NCBI GenBank assembly: GCA_004022145.1
Contig: RCNU01000001.1
From: Paecilomyces variotii
Taxonomy: Eukaryota
Strand: one strand, 5' to 3'
Length of the DNA stretch: 64,000 bases
Positions within the stretch are counted from its first letter, which is position 1; every line of letters starts with the position of its first letter. This document shows positions 50,941 through 63,030 of this stretch, one piece after another. The notes beneath the pieces were generated by a model. The model saw only the letters and a program-made list of their open reading frames with translations, ran no database searches and was not told the origin of the DNA. The translations under genes and the position numbers were made by a program.

Positions 50941-52497
50941 TTACCATTCCATATCCTCTTCCCATGTATGCCGCTTTTCGAGAAGATCTCGCTGCCCATA
51001 AAACTCGCCGACAATGGTGATGATCATATCAAGCATAGCAAGAGTTTGTTTCTCTGCGTCTGTAGGCAATGTTTCTTCCGACATCTTCGAGGGCGCTTCC
51101 TCGTCCACCTTCTGCTCCCCCTCCTCCTGTACTGCTGTGATTGTGGCACCAGGGCGTTGCAATTCCGGTTCTAGTTCTAGGTCATCCTGCAGCCTTGCTT
51201 GAAGTCGAGCTTTTACTGCCTCCAAATATTCAGGTGTACCTTCCTCCGTGGGTTGTGCTTCTTGTTGGGATATGTCCATCGGATCACCGCCAGTGGCATC
51301 CGCTGTCTCAGAAGGTTCCTCTGCTGTAGCATTGCCAGGTTCACTTTCCTGAACTTCGGGTTCCTCCTCGTTCTCCTCTCCATCAGATTCTTCATTCCCA
51401 GTCTCAGTATGCGCCCCGCGCCTCACAATCTTCACCTCTTTCGCCTTTCTCATTCTTGCCAATATCGTAGCAGCTCTCTTTCCTAGCTCTCTGATCTCGC
51501 CCACCTCCTCACTCCCCAACTGGCCCACCTCTCGACACTTGCCTAGTAGCCCCCAAGCCCAGGCTCCGATCCGTCTCACACGAAGCGCGTCTCCGCTCTT
51601 GACGTTCTCAGACATCAAGCGGCCCATGATCTCCAGCACGCCTAGCACACTATCCATATCCATGCACGCTAGCTGAACCATTTGCGGATCGACAGATAAT
51701 AGTAAATGTCGCCATTCCGAACGGGCAGCTTTCGATGAGCGTGGGAGGGAGATGGGATGTTGATCATCGAGGGCAGCAATAGCAGAAGCGGGAGGTTGGC
51801 ATCTCAAAGTCGACCGTAGGAGTACGAAGCGATGACGGAGAAGGTTATAGTACGAAGATTGAGCGTCCGGTTCCGTTTCTCCGGCGCCAGTAGCGTGTCT
51901 TAGAGATGTTTCTTCTGTCGTATTGACAGCAGGCGCAATGTAGACACCATCGGTGTATAGACCCTCCGGGGGTTCACTTCCGACATCCTGTGCCTCGTTT
52001 TCGAGATGCGTATGCGTTGTCGCCTCGACGGTCGTCTTCTCAGACGTTTTAGCCGCGACGAATAGCGTAGGTAGGGAATTTGCTTCTGATCTAGGAAACC
52101 ACACAAGACATGACATGTCGAATCAGTCTCCGACCTTGTAAAATGGTGTCATGTTCCGCAAGCTGAAAGGGACCAAAAGAAGGCGCAACACTTAGCGAGC
52201 GGGAAAAAAGAAGAATATAGCTGGAAGGATCAAGGGAAGATCAAAGACTCACCGGACCATGCGAAGGTACTCTAGTCCGTCTTCTGCTGGGCCATAGAAG
52301 AGCTCATCACCAGCAGGGTCGTCAAGACCTGGAAATGCATTCTTCATGCCATAGACAGGATGGTTACGGGGTCGCTCGTATGGGCTTGATCTTGAGGGCG
52401 CTTCGTCTTCATCGTCTTCTGCATATGATTGGCGCGTCCGTTTCGCGTATGGAGAACTGCCCGGTATTGAAGGAGTCTCTTTTCGTTTATCGGGCAT
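50941..52497 (-). CDS. Gemin2/Brr1 (SIP1)-like snRNP assembly factor
   Basis: AFPGL..GPAEDGLEYLRMVR|SEA motif, W(A)WGLL..LRELGK-like and LDMIITIVGEFYGQRDLL C-terminal motif; intron 52252-52091. Confidence 0.72.
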
Positions 52498-53187
52498 TTT
52501 TGCTGGTGATAAGTATAGTGTGGTCCTATGGCAAAAGTTGAAGATGATGGAGCTTGGGCATAATTACAGCTCGGCGTGATCCGAAAGTAGCTCATGGAGC
52601 TTGGGCCTCCCAAAACAGAGATATGAATATGATGACTAATCAGGGCCTGGGCAAAACAACTAACTAACTAGTTAACTAGTAGTTAACTAACTAACAACGT
52701 TAAACTACGGAGTAGTCTAGATAACTAGGTATCTAAAAGAGTAGTTATATGCCCTAAACCCCTGATCCCCTGATCCATCGGAATGACCAGGACTGGGGCT
52801 CTGGGCTCTTAGAGAATCCAAGAAAGGGAGTTCAAGGAGCTCTGACTTAAGCTAAATTCTACTTGTAACAAGATTAAGAATTTGAAGTATAGGTAGACTA
52901 TTTTAAAAAGGTTTTCTAAGGAGGCTCAGCATATCATAAGAGAAATTTAAATAAGAGCAGAGGGCTCTCTTTACAGCATTGCTACAGATACATTTGACCA
53001 AATGCTTAAATTAGTTAAAAAAAGTCCGATAATCTTGCTGAGCCTATTGCTATAAAACTGCTAAAAATCAAATCCCAAATAACTAGTAAAAACATCAGAA
53101 GAAAAAGAAGAATCTAGTAAGAAAGAATCTGCAAGGAAAGAAACGTCACACCTTTTGCCTTCTTCCGCCAAGGTAGCCTGCATCCTC

Positions 53188-54077
53188 CTAAGCAATCTTG
53201 TAGAATGTACTGGCAGCGTTATTGTTGGCCGATCTCCAGTGCTGTGCTTGCACTTGCAGACCTAAGTACATGAGACATTCTCTTAGGGATACCATGTCCC
53301 GATAAGCATCTGGGTTTTGTGCGTCCTGCTGTGAAACTGCTTGAGATACCGTGTCGTGAGTTATCACAGGGGAGATCCACAGTTCATACAACCCCGTTTG
53401 CGTGTTGGGCATCTGAGCACAGAATATGGTTTCGTTGTAGGTTGATAGGAAACCATATTGTACACCCGCACAGTACATATACATGCCAATTTGCCCTAAA
53501 GTAGAATAAACACATTAATATACTGATTGTAGATATGATCGAATAACATACCAAATAAGCGTGGTCGGTATGCTGGTTTTCTAATGCCTCTTATAAGGCT
53601 ATGAGCCCAAGGCGTCTTGAACTCTCCAACAAGGAGTGCTCGCGTCCCGTTAGTCATTGTGAGGACATTATCCGGTATTCCCCCGCAATCTGTTCTCGTC
53701 GAGCGGCCGGAGCTGAACTCGCACATGATGCCTGATGATTGGAATATTGCTGCCATTACATTGCTAACGTTATTATTGAACCGCCCTTGAATATCTCCTT
53801 CGTCGGAACAAGCGTAGAATTCATTGCTGATATGGTGTCTGCTCAAGAAACCAGCAGGCCGGTGGTCTATAATGCTTCTTCTGAAGTTGACATTATTCGT
53901 TGCCATTCTGACCTGCATCTCGAAGCCTCGCCACAGCTTGATGGGAGCAACAATGTCAATTGCATGGATTGTCACAGATGAGGTCAATTCTTGGGAGAGT
54001 TTCAAGTCTGGAATCCTCTCACACACTAGCTGCCTCGCAGTCTTGCCGTTAGATGCACGTTTCTGTGATTGAGGCAT
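53188..54077 (-). CDS. Lineage-specific protein with a PD-(D/E)xK restriction-endonuclease-like motif
   Basis: Two exons (intron 53551-53496), 277 aa: DEGDIQGRF..GIPDNVL..LLVGEFKTPW..GQIGMYM..YGFLSTYNETIF..LWISPVI..SLRECL. Confidence 0.7.
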
Positions 54078-54419
54078 TATCGTCGTCTGGCGATCGAGAA
54101 AAGGTTAAGGGTAAATGAAGTCGAAAACTTGATGGAAGGGGTTAGATCTTCCAGGGAATAAGGGTATTTCAGAAAAGGATTGGAACAACCTGTCACGCCT
54201 TGGAGAAGAGTACGAAGAGATATGAAAAGCTTTGCTTTCCACTTCTGTCAACAGAATCGTCGAAGGCGTGTTTTGCAGTCTGTGGATTTTTTGGTCCTCA
54301 GAGAATTATTTACTCTTATATGTCTCTACTTGCTCTCCAATTATTCTTTCAAGCATGCTTGATTGACCAACATGCGGTACTTTTGCGATTCAGCTTCCCA
54401 CTATCGTCTTTGATAATCT

Positions 54420-55076
54420 GTCGGCGCTCATGGCTACTGTGGAGACGAGCTGCAAAGTCGCTGCTACTACCCTATACAAACCGGGTAGCAGCTGCAACGG
54501 GCAGCCACCTTGATTCATCCGTATAGGATCAAAGAAGACGGAACTGGGACCGTGGATTATCAGAAACAGTGTTCTAGATCTGCTCCAGGCAGTGGAGATA
54601 CAGGATGGAGCCCGCGGGTATGAATGGCAGGTAGATTTCGGTGCCCTCAAGTCCTTCAAGCAATCAAGATTCTATTCCCGTAACAAACGCTCTTCCAAAG
54701 TCTTTGCTCCCGTGTTCTTAGATTCCCACATAGTTCAAGTAACTGTCTCAAAGTTGGTCTGCGTCGGCGCAGAAAGGCGTATGCAGTTGATCTGGCATAT
54801 CATCCGTTTGCAGCATGTTCTTTGATCCCCTGATTATGGGATATGACCTACCGGATCACTAGGATCTAGATTCTTTGTATCTATGCCGTAGGAGCCAGCT
54901 AAACTCGCTCGTTCATATCGAGTGTGAATTCGGACCTGGTGCCCAGAGACATACGTCGGCGCTCAAGTCCTTTATGGCAACCCGAGCTGCAACGCGCCAC
55001 GACTATCCTATACAAAGGGTATAGAACAAACAGCATCAGCCCCCTATTTCCACCTGATGTAGATCAAAGAAGACGG
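54420..55076 (+). repeat. Diverged ~120-bp direct duplication (54420-54541 and 54955-55076)
   Basis: Shared blocks GTCGGCGCTCA, CGAGCTGCAA, CCTATACAAA and GATCAAAGAAGACGG at a near-constant offset of 535-537 bp. Confidence 0.75.
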
Positions 55077-55558
55077 GCTGCTGTCCTGGCTGCATTAGGG
55101 AAATGCACTGATATTGTGGCAGAAGGGGCGTTTAGGTAGCAGCGAGGTACTCATGCACAAGTGAAATGCCCTAAAACTGGGCCTTGGATTGCAGTATACA
55201 AACAACAGTTGTTGATCGTCCGTATTGTAGTACGTATTGTACTCCGTAATTTACGATAAGCCTGTTCTATTTAGGGTTAGCGCTAGTGTATTATTATCTA
55301 CCTAGGTAGGTAGGTAACTTACATACCTTTAGGTACCTACCGTCGTCCACGGTAGATACCTACAAAAAGTCCAAAACCAAAGTACTCCCTGCAACGGTGA
55401 CTAAGATGTCCGTGCGGGGTGTGGTCATCTGCAATCTGCCATATATTATGACGAATATCCATCACGCACTTCTATCTCCTAAAATTTCCCTTCTCTAAGA
55501 GTGATCTGAGCTGTCAGTCAAACTTATTGCGGATTTCGAAAACAGCCTAGATGCTAAG

Positions 55559-56462
55559 ATGAAATTCTTTCCCCCCCATGATTGGCTCGGAAAAGAGATC
55601 GTTTTCCCTGATGACATTGGGGTGACTTGGGTGTTGAGTGAAAAGCTCAGTGAAGATTCCAGACAGTTAACCCAGAAAGACTGCGCCGAATTTAATGCAT
55701 CATCTATCGCGTGGGCCGTATTTTCATGCCACCGAAAAGATGGCATGGGGGGAAAGCACGCTATGAAAATCTATATGCAGTAAGATACAGTATCCCCTTA
55801 TTCCACCACGTCGATGCTAACTCTATCGATTATCGAGGGTTCCCTGGACAGACACCGAATTTGCGAGCGCGGCGTCTAGAAAAGCACAGGCGGATATCAA
55901 CCGATCGGATAGTATGGCATCTGAAATCAAGGCTCTTCGCTTGCTCACAGAGAATGGATCGACACATACGCCGCTTCTCATTAGCGATTTTCATACTACA
56001 CAAGACAATGACGGTATAGTGCCTACCGGATTCATTTCTTATATTCTTATGACCTGGTGCCCTGGAGTCACGCTTGGTGACGGTGATTATCGCCGTAAGA
56101 CCAAATCTGAGCAAGCTAGGATTTTCCAAGCTTTCAGAGAAGCGCTCGAGTAAGTACTTTTTATTGATTCTATAAATTACTAACATAGTTTCCTTTTCGA
56201 CTAAACTGCTTCTATAGAGATACCAAACGATGTGGAGTAGTGAGCAATGGTCTCGGCCCGGGTAATCTCATATGGGATGCTGCCCACAACACATGGTAGG
56301 TTAAAGATATACTTCTAACTAATGTACGCTGACATCCTTCATAGCTACATGGTAGACTTCAAATGGTCGGGGCCACCATCAGAGTGGGATATCGCTGAAG
56401 AAGTTTGGATGTCCTGGGGGCTGCAGCCTGGTCCTCCCAGATTGGAAATGGAACGTTTGTAG
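55559..56462 (+). CDS. Small fungal protein kinase-like-fold protein, probable pseudokinase
   Basis: Four exons (55559-55779, 55838-56149, 56218-56295, 56345-56462), 242 aa: WVLSEKLSE, AMKIYMQVP, EIKALRLL, TPLLI, VPTGFISYILMTWCPG, GNLIWD, YMVDF. Confidence 0.72.
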
Positions 56463-56898
56463 CAGATCTCGCTCTCTTTTCTTCTTTTCCTTTTCATTTC
56501 TTTCTCTTTCTTGGCTTTTGTTGCAAATTTCCCATAATAACCTAAAAAATCTTGCTGATTATTTTCGGATATGAAGTGAAGAGCAGCCTCGTGGCGGGGT
56601 GTTGACAGAGGCAGTTATGTGCTTGTGCGGACCAAAAGGAAGGAGGACTCGACAGTCTAGATCACTCAATTCGATGGTCTACTCCTAGATATCAGTCCTA
56701 TACTTTATGGTCTCGAAAAGTGGAATATCGATTCGAACTACCAGCTGCTACGAACTGTGTTGTGTCCTTTTGTACATCTCGAAATATGACTTTTCCTAAC
56801 TTCAGGTATCATAAATTCCGTTATGCTCTACTGAATGAGGACTTCTCATCCAGACCGTCTATACCAGTACTGGATAGCGTAAAGTTCCAGAACTGTAA

Positions 56899-58629
56899 CT
56901 AAGGGCGGAGACGCTGAGGATCACGAGGGAAGAGAGTAGCTTGACGGACGTTGGGGAGACCGAGGAAGAACATGACGATACGATTCAGACCCAAACCACC
57001 ACCGGCATGGGGAGGACAGCCCTGTCGGAAAGCAGCCAGGTAATCCTCGAAACCTTCCTGGTTGGGGTCCAGACCCTTGGCTCTCATCGAATCCTCCAGC
57101 TCCTTAACGTTGTTGATACGCTGAGCACCGGACATGATCTCTTCACCACGCATGAAAAAGTCGTACGAGTTGGAGAAGGTGGGGTCATCGGGGTCAGCCT
57201 TGGTGTAGAAAGGCCGAACCGACATTGGGAATTTGTCGAGGACGTAAAAGTCAGTATCATACTTATTCCGGATGATTTCCCCTAGTTTCTTCTCCATAGC
57301 GGTGGTGAAGTCGTTCTCGAACCGCTCCTGTTCCGAGACGTCGATACCAGCCTCCTTCAGCAAGGCCAGACCTTCCATATACTTCAATCGTAGAGCCTTG
57401 CCGTTCTTCGGAAGCCTGAAATCACCAGCCTTGGGGTAGGACTTCTGGATGATGGCGATCTGGTCCTTGTACCGCACCTTCAGCTCAGACAGGATGAAAA
57501 CTAGCAGGTCCTCGGCGAACTCGAGGACTTCGTGGTAGTGGTGTCGGAAGGTCTTCTCGAAATCGAGACCGGTGAACTACGTCTTGTCAGCCTGAACAAT
57601 ACCAAAAAGGGGCTGGCGTGATTGTTATACCTCAGTCAAATGTCTGTGGGTGTTACTGTCTTCAGCTCGGAAAACGGGAGCAATCTCAAAGACATTCTCC
57701 ATATCACCAGCAATGCACATCTGCTTGTACAACTGTGGAGACTGGGTGAGATAGGCATTTCGCTTGAAGTACTTAATCTCGAAGACGTTGCTTCCACCCT
57801 CAGAGGCAGCACCCGCGATCTTCGGGGTTGAGATCCAGCGCGAACCACTCTTAAGCATGTACTCAGCGAAGAGCTGAGTGACACCACTCGAGATCCAGGT
57901 AATGGCCTGGCTGGTCTCCGTCTGGAGGTCGAGCACACGGTTGTCGAGACGGGTCTTCAAAGTAACCAGGGGAGTACCCTCGGAGTCCAACTGACCCTCA
58001 TCAGCACCCTCTGGTGGAGGCCTCTCAGCGTCCTTAACCTGCATTGGTAGCATCTGAGCAGCCTCTGCAATGATGTAGACTTTCCGGATGTGAAGCTCCA
58101 GGTTGCTCAGCGTAGCAGACGAAACTGGAACACCGGGCTTCTTCACGATACCAGTAACCTGGACGATGGTGTTGACGTTTAGTCCACCAGTCCACTTGAC
58201 CATTTGTCTCGAAATTGGCTCTGCGGCAGCCACGACGGCTTGGATCTTCGTTCCCTGTTCTCGGAGCATCAAGAACGCCAACTTGGCACTCTGCACACGG
58301 GCATTATCAACACGGGCAACGACCGTAACCTCCTTCTCGTACAGATCTTCCGACAGCTCCTTGACCCTCGTCACAGGCACCGCATCCTCATTCTTGGGGA
58401 TCTTGCCATACAGATCCTTTGCCGTGTCATCAGCAGTCTGAGCCGCGGCCTGGGCCTTCTCCTGCGCGGCGCGCTGGGCGGCTTTCTCAGCCTTGGCCTT
58501 TTCCTTCGCAGCCTTCTTCAAGGCATTCTTACTGGGAGCTCCAGCACCCTCTGCAGCTGGGGCAGCAGCAGCAGCAGCTTCAGGAGTCTCTTCAGGCTTG
58601 GGACGGTGGGGTAAACCGGAGTCGGCCAT
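56899..58629 (-). CDS. DPS1: Cytoplasmic aspartyl-tRNA synthetase
   Basis: OB fold, TRLDNRVLDL, SEGGSNVF, QSPQLYKQM, APVFRAEDSNTHRHLTE (motif 2), GEEIMSGAQR, PPHAGGGLGLNR (motif 3), FPRDPQRLRP. Confidence 0.97.
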
Positions 58630-59301
58630 GGCTGCTATGCGCGTCACAATTAGAGCAATGAACGAAAGGATAGGGGAAGCTGAAATTGGGGGAAGAAGAG
58701 GAGCTTCTCATTACCTGATATATAGGAACGACTAGATGTAGTCTCTGAGGGAGTCGAATGTTTCCCAAGCTACCTGCAAAGAAAGTCTTGCGACTCATAC
58801 GACAGCCCGAACCCCGCCGACGATGGAAGCCCTAAGCCCTAAAATGGTACCTCTTTCGGATCGACTAGTCCGATCACGTGTGATAAGCTGCGATAAGAAG
58901 TTGAAGCATGTCTACATCCTACGTCCATCCTAGACACGATCGAAAGGATATTTTGATATAAAAAGGAGTGCGAATTTGCGGTGACCCATCACATAGGCGA
59001 TCTTCGAGTCGCTAAGTAGCGAGCCCAATGCCACTTCAGACATAATGCCGCGACCATATTTAGGAACGGAAGTTTATGACTCCATGCCTTGGTCACACCA
59101 CTGAGAAACATCCTGCCAGGATCATCGAAATACGGAGTTCCTTTTCGTTTAGATTTCATATCGTCTGCTCAGCTACGTAACCCATATCTATCCCTTTGCT
59201 TACAAAGACTACGTGCTACAAATAGCATATAGGTCAACAGTTGGATATTTCATCTCAATGATGTAGACGATGACGACCTCTGAGAACGATTCTTTCGAGA
59301 G

Positions 59302-59327
59302 ATATATATTATATATATATATATATA
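59302..59327. repeat. (TA)n microsatellite
   Basis: atatatattatatatatatatatata downstream of the HAD hydrolase gene. Confidence 0.8.
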
Positions 59328-59375
59328 CAGATCAATTCAATATTCTATAATCCTACAAATAAAATCGCCAAGCAA

Positions 59376-60734
59376 TCAGTCCTCCTTGATGGTCGGCCAC
59401 TGCGAGGACTTCAAGGCCCATTCCACAGCCTTCTGTACATTGTCGACGATCGTTTTCGGGGTCCACGCTGGCTGTCCGCCAGTGTACACACCACTCCGAA
59501 CAAGAATCGAGTGCCATTCACTGCCGTGCTTACTCCGGTAGGAGTTCGCTCCGCAGATATCAGATGCTGGATTATCTCCAACCATGTATACTCTCCGCAA
59601 GGGGCCTAGCTCCTGAGAGTGGAAGATCCTAGAGCGATTGCGGAGCAGTTGCCTCTCAGCAAACTCGTACGTCGACTGATGAGGCTTTCCCACCACTGTC
59701 TTTATCAACTCTACTCCTTTGCTGGAACCGCCAGTTGTAGCAGCCCAGGTTCCCTCCAGGGCTTCGCGGAAGCCGCCTTGTCCGAGGCGTGGGAGGTGGT
59801 AAGCAGCAGCCCACCACAAGTCAGGGTTCGAAAAGTAGATAGGTGGCTGGCCATCCTGTTGATATCCGCGGTTTGGAAGGCTGTCTTGGCCGTTCTTGCT
59901 CGATCTTGTACCCATGATGCCCTCAGAGGACAGCAAAACGTCAATAATCACCTGCATATCCAAGCCCCAGTCTCTCGGATCGTTGAACACGAGCACGGCA
60001 TCGAATTTAAGGCTCTTTTCCGGGTTCTCCGCATCGATTGGTTTAGGAAGCGGTCTTGCGAATTTCTTATAGTAGTCCATGAAGTTCTTCGAAAAGGGCC
60101 AGATCGAAGGGTACGCCATGAAGATATCCCCGGGAGTCACGACATTCTTAAAGCCGTACCTAAGGCCTATTAGCCCTCCCAATTAGGATGATCCCGTCGG
60201 TAGACGTACCTCTCTGCCACTAGACGGCAAGCATCGCCATCTCCTCCGACGACCAACACGCACTTGTCTTCTAGCGGACCCTGCGCCTCCGATCCCCGGA
60301 CCAGCTCCGCGAAGGGGGAATGACTCTGAACGATCACACTTGGGTCCAACGGCAGATTCAGTTTCTCGCTGATTTCAGCCACGCGCTCCGTCTCGTGTTT
60401 CCCACCGCCATTGGTGAGCAAGATAAACGGGATACCCTGTTCCTGTAGGAGGCCCAATGCTTCCGCAGCTCCGGGGATCGGTTTAGAGGCTCGAAGGAGG
60501 ACACCATCGATACTGAGCGAATTAGACTTCCCAAAGTCAGGAAATAAAGAAGGGAACTCGAGAAAATATGGTCACTTACTCAAATGCAAAAGCAAAGTCT
60601 GGGATGTTGGGTTTCGTGTTGCTCGCTGTCTGGAAGCCTCTCCGCAGCACAGGGCCCGGGATAGCTTCTAGGTACGAGTGAGTACGCACCCGCTGCAGCA
60701 AGCGCAATGAGCGCAATACTCCTTGAGGTCTCAT
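59376..60734 (-). CDS. HAD-superfamily class IIA hydrolase, CECR5/HDHD5-like, probably mitochondrial
   Basis: Arg-rich presequence MRPQGVLRSLRLLQRVR; FAFAFD|IDGVL motif I, LLTNGGG, FSNPDLWW, GKP, YMVGDNPASDI. Confidence 0.9.
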
Positions 60735-61019
60735 TCTGCAGAAGTACAGATTCAAATATCAAACAATATAAACACGTGGTAATGAGTGACTGTGTGGACG
60801 GTGTATATGTTGGAATTGTCGAAGGCCGTCGAAGCTGGTGCGGAGAGAGAGAGAGAGAGCGGTGATGCGGAGACGTCACAGCGGGTCTGACTGATACTTA
60901 ACGGCTATAATAATTAATTATTTATTCTACACAACACCACACCACAACTACTGCGAGGAAGCCGCTTATCTCTTCTCAAACTACCTGGAGAAATAGATTC
61001 CTTCTACCATGGATGAGGC

Positions 61020-62396
61020 ATGAAGTCATCACCGCACGCCGCGCAGGGTATCTATCTTCCCACGGAAATCGTCATTCAGATCGTATCCTTTGTCGCCTCT
61101 GACAATGCCCGCCGCCAACAGGATCTCCATGCCTGCTGCTTGATCTCTCGCCAGTGGTACTCTGCAGCAGTTCCTCTGCTCTACGAGAAGCCTAGACTCG
61201 ATAATGGCTTGACATTTTCGCTGTTTGCGCGAACAGTCTGTCCGCCCATCAGCGCGCGTCCAAGCAAGGTCAAGCTGGGTAGTCTTGTGCGACGCTTGGA
61301 TATGAGCTGGCAGGTCCACGAGAGCACCCATAGCCTTACCGCCAGGCTTCTTGGAAGAGTCAAGGAGAATCTGGAAGTATTTATTGCTCCAGCGGCTGCT
61401 TTTGCGTGAGTAAGAATCAGAGACACTTGTTCTGCGGATATTTTATCGTGGAGCTCCTTTTTTTTTTCTTTTTTTTGAAATCATATACATACTCTTGTAC
61501 CATAGTGGCATCATATTGCAGTTTCACGTAGCCCTCAAGCGCATGTACTTCTTCGCCTAATGTTCAATATTGCATTCAACTACCGACTATACACCATAGA
61601 CCAGACCCATAACTAATCGGACTCATACCACAGGATCAACTGCCTCGCCTCCCTTTCCAAATGCAACAACCTACGATACCTCGATCTCTACCTGGTCCGA
61701 GAATCCATCCCATTCACCAGTCTCAAGAAATCTCTAAGTAATCTCGAGAAACTCACCACCATTCGTCTTCCACGTTCTACATCCCTGAACGTTTCCGATT
61801 CCACCAATATCAAATGGCCATCGAATCTCCAACGACTCCAACTGAGCGGCAGTTTCCCTTCCTCCATCGGCTCCATCTCCTGGCCAGATCGACTGACCAG
61901 TCTAACTCTTCGGAGTTGCGAAGACCTCTCCGTCGCCCCCATGAGCAGTCTTCTCAGTAGTCCGCAGCTATCTCGAGCCCTGAAACGGCTCACGATCCTG
62001 GAGAATCGCCGCTTGGAGCCAGCGTCGATCAAGGCCATACCAATCTTCTTACCCCAGCTCAAGTTCCTTAGTGTACCAGGGGGGTTAGTCGACAATAGCT
62101 TTTTCGAAATGCTCATCGAGATGTCCACCCCGATAGCACTTGAGGTCCTCGAGTTCGGGCCCTGTGATAGCGATGGACTCCACTTCTCCTATTGGGCGCT
62201 TATAGATGCGCTCGATAAGGGACTGGCTAATCTCCGCACAGTTGGGTTCCATGTGAAATGGTGCACTGAGGAACGTATCACGGAAGACGAGTATATCGAA
62301 CAAGCCCTGAAATCTCGGCATGAGATACCCACTACGAATGGCGATGCTGCGGCTGAGGCTGATGAAGATGTTGATGTGGGAGTCTATTATACATAA
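61020..62396 (+). CDS. F-box/LRR (RNI-like) protein
   Basis: LPTEIVIQIV..LHACCLISRQWYSAAVPLLY F-box; LRR-like LRYLDL, LQRLQLSG, LTSLTL; intron ~61406-61633. Confidence 0.85.
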
Positions 62397-63030
62397 TTAA
62401 TGACAGATCACTCTTAGGCACCTCACCTACTAGCAACGAGTTCCCTAGTCCTGCGTTCAGTTCTAGAGACTTCGTACAGTATAGACACACCAAATGGCTA
62501 ATCTAAACGAAACTCTAAAGACCCACTGGAAAGCTCGAGCACCAACATTCTACTGGCGATGGTCGCCTTAGAAGACGATAGTGATCGAAGGATAAGGGCA
62601 AATAAGCTTAGATTCTTTGATATACGATATAATGGGGCGGAAATGAGAGGATTGTGTATATAGAATTTACCCTTTGGGCGTCGCATTTAGAATAACATGC
62701 CCCGGTCTTTCTGGTCAGGTTTTCGCTCTTATAGAACGGTCTGGATATAATAAGAAGAAATTAAACGTCTGGGAATTCAGAACAGTTAAAATAATAAGTT
62801 CCTAATGTGAACATCTTACACTTTTCTAGCTGCACTGTAAGCGCGCATGTTTATTGAATCGCTTTTACCTAGGCATTACTTGAGAAAGACTGGATATTTG
62901 GCCTGGCGAATTTGATTTGTAAAGACAAGGTGCCTAAGCGAATGAAACAAGGTCTCAGCCAATACAATTATGAGCAACACGTGCCTAGAACATATCAATA
63001 CCGCATTCTGAGTTCCTGCTATCTGCCAGC

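Noticed and set aside
55271-55280. Telomere-like TTAGGGTTAG
   Set aside because: Fewer than two repeats; expected by chance.
29300-56800. Starship or other autonomous transposon explaining the islands
   Set aside because: No tyrosine-recombinase captain, DDE transposase or reverse-transcriptase ORF, and no bounding repeats were seen.
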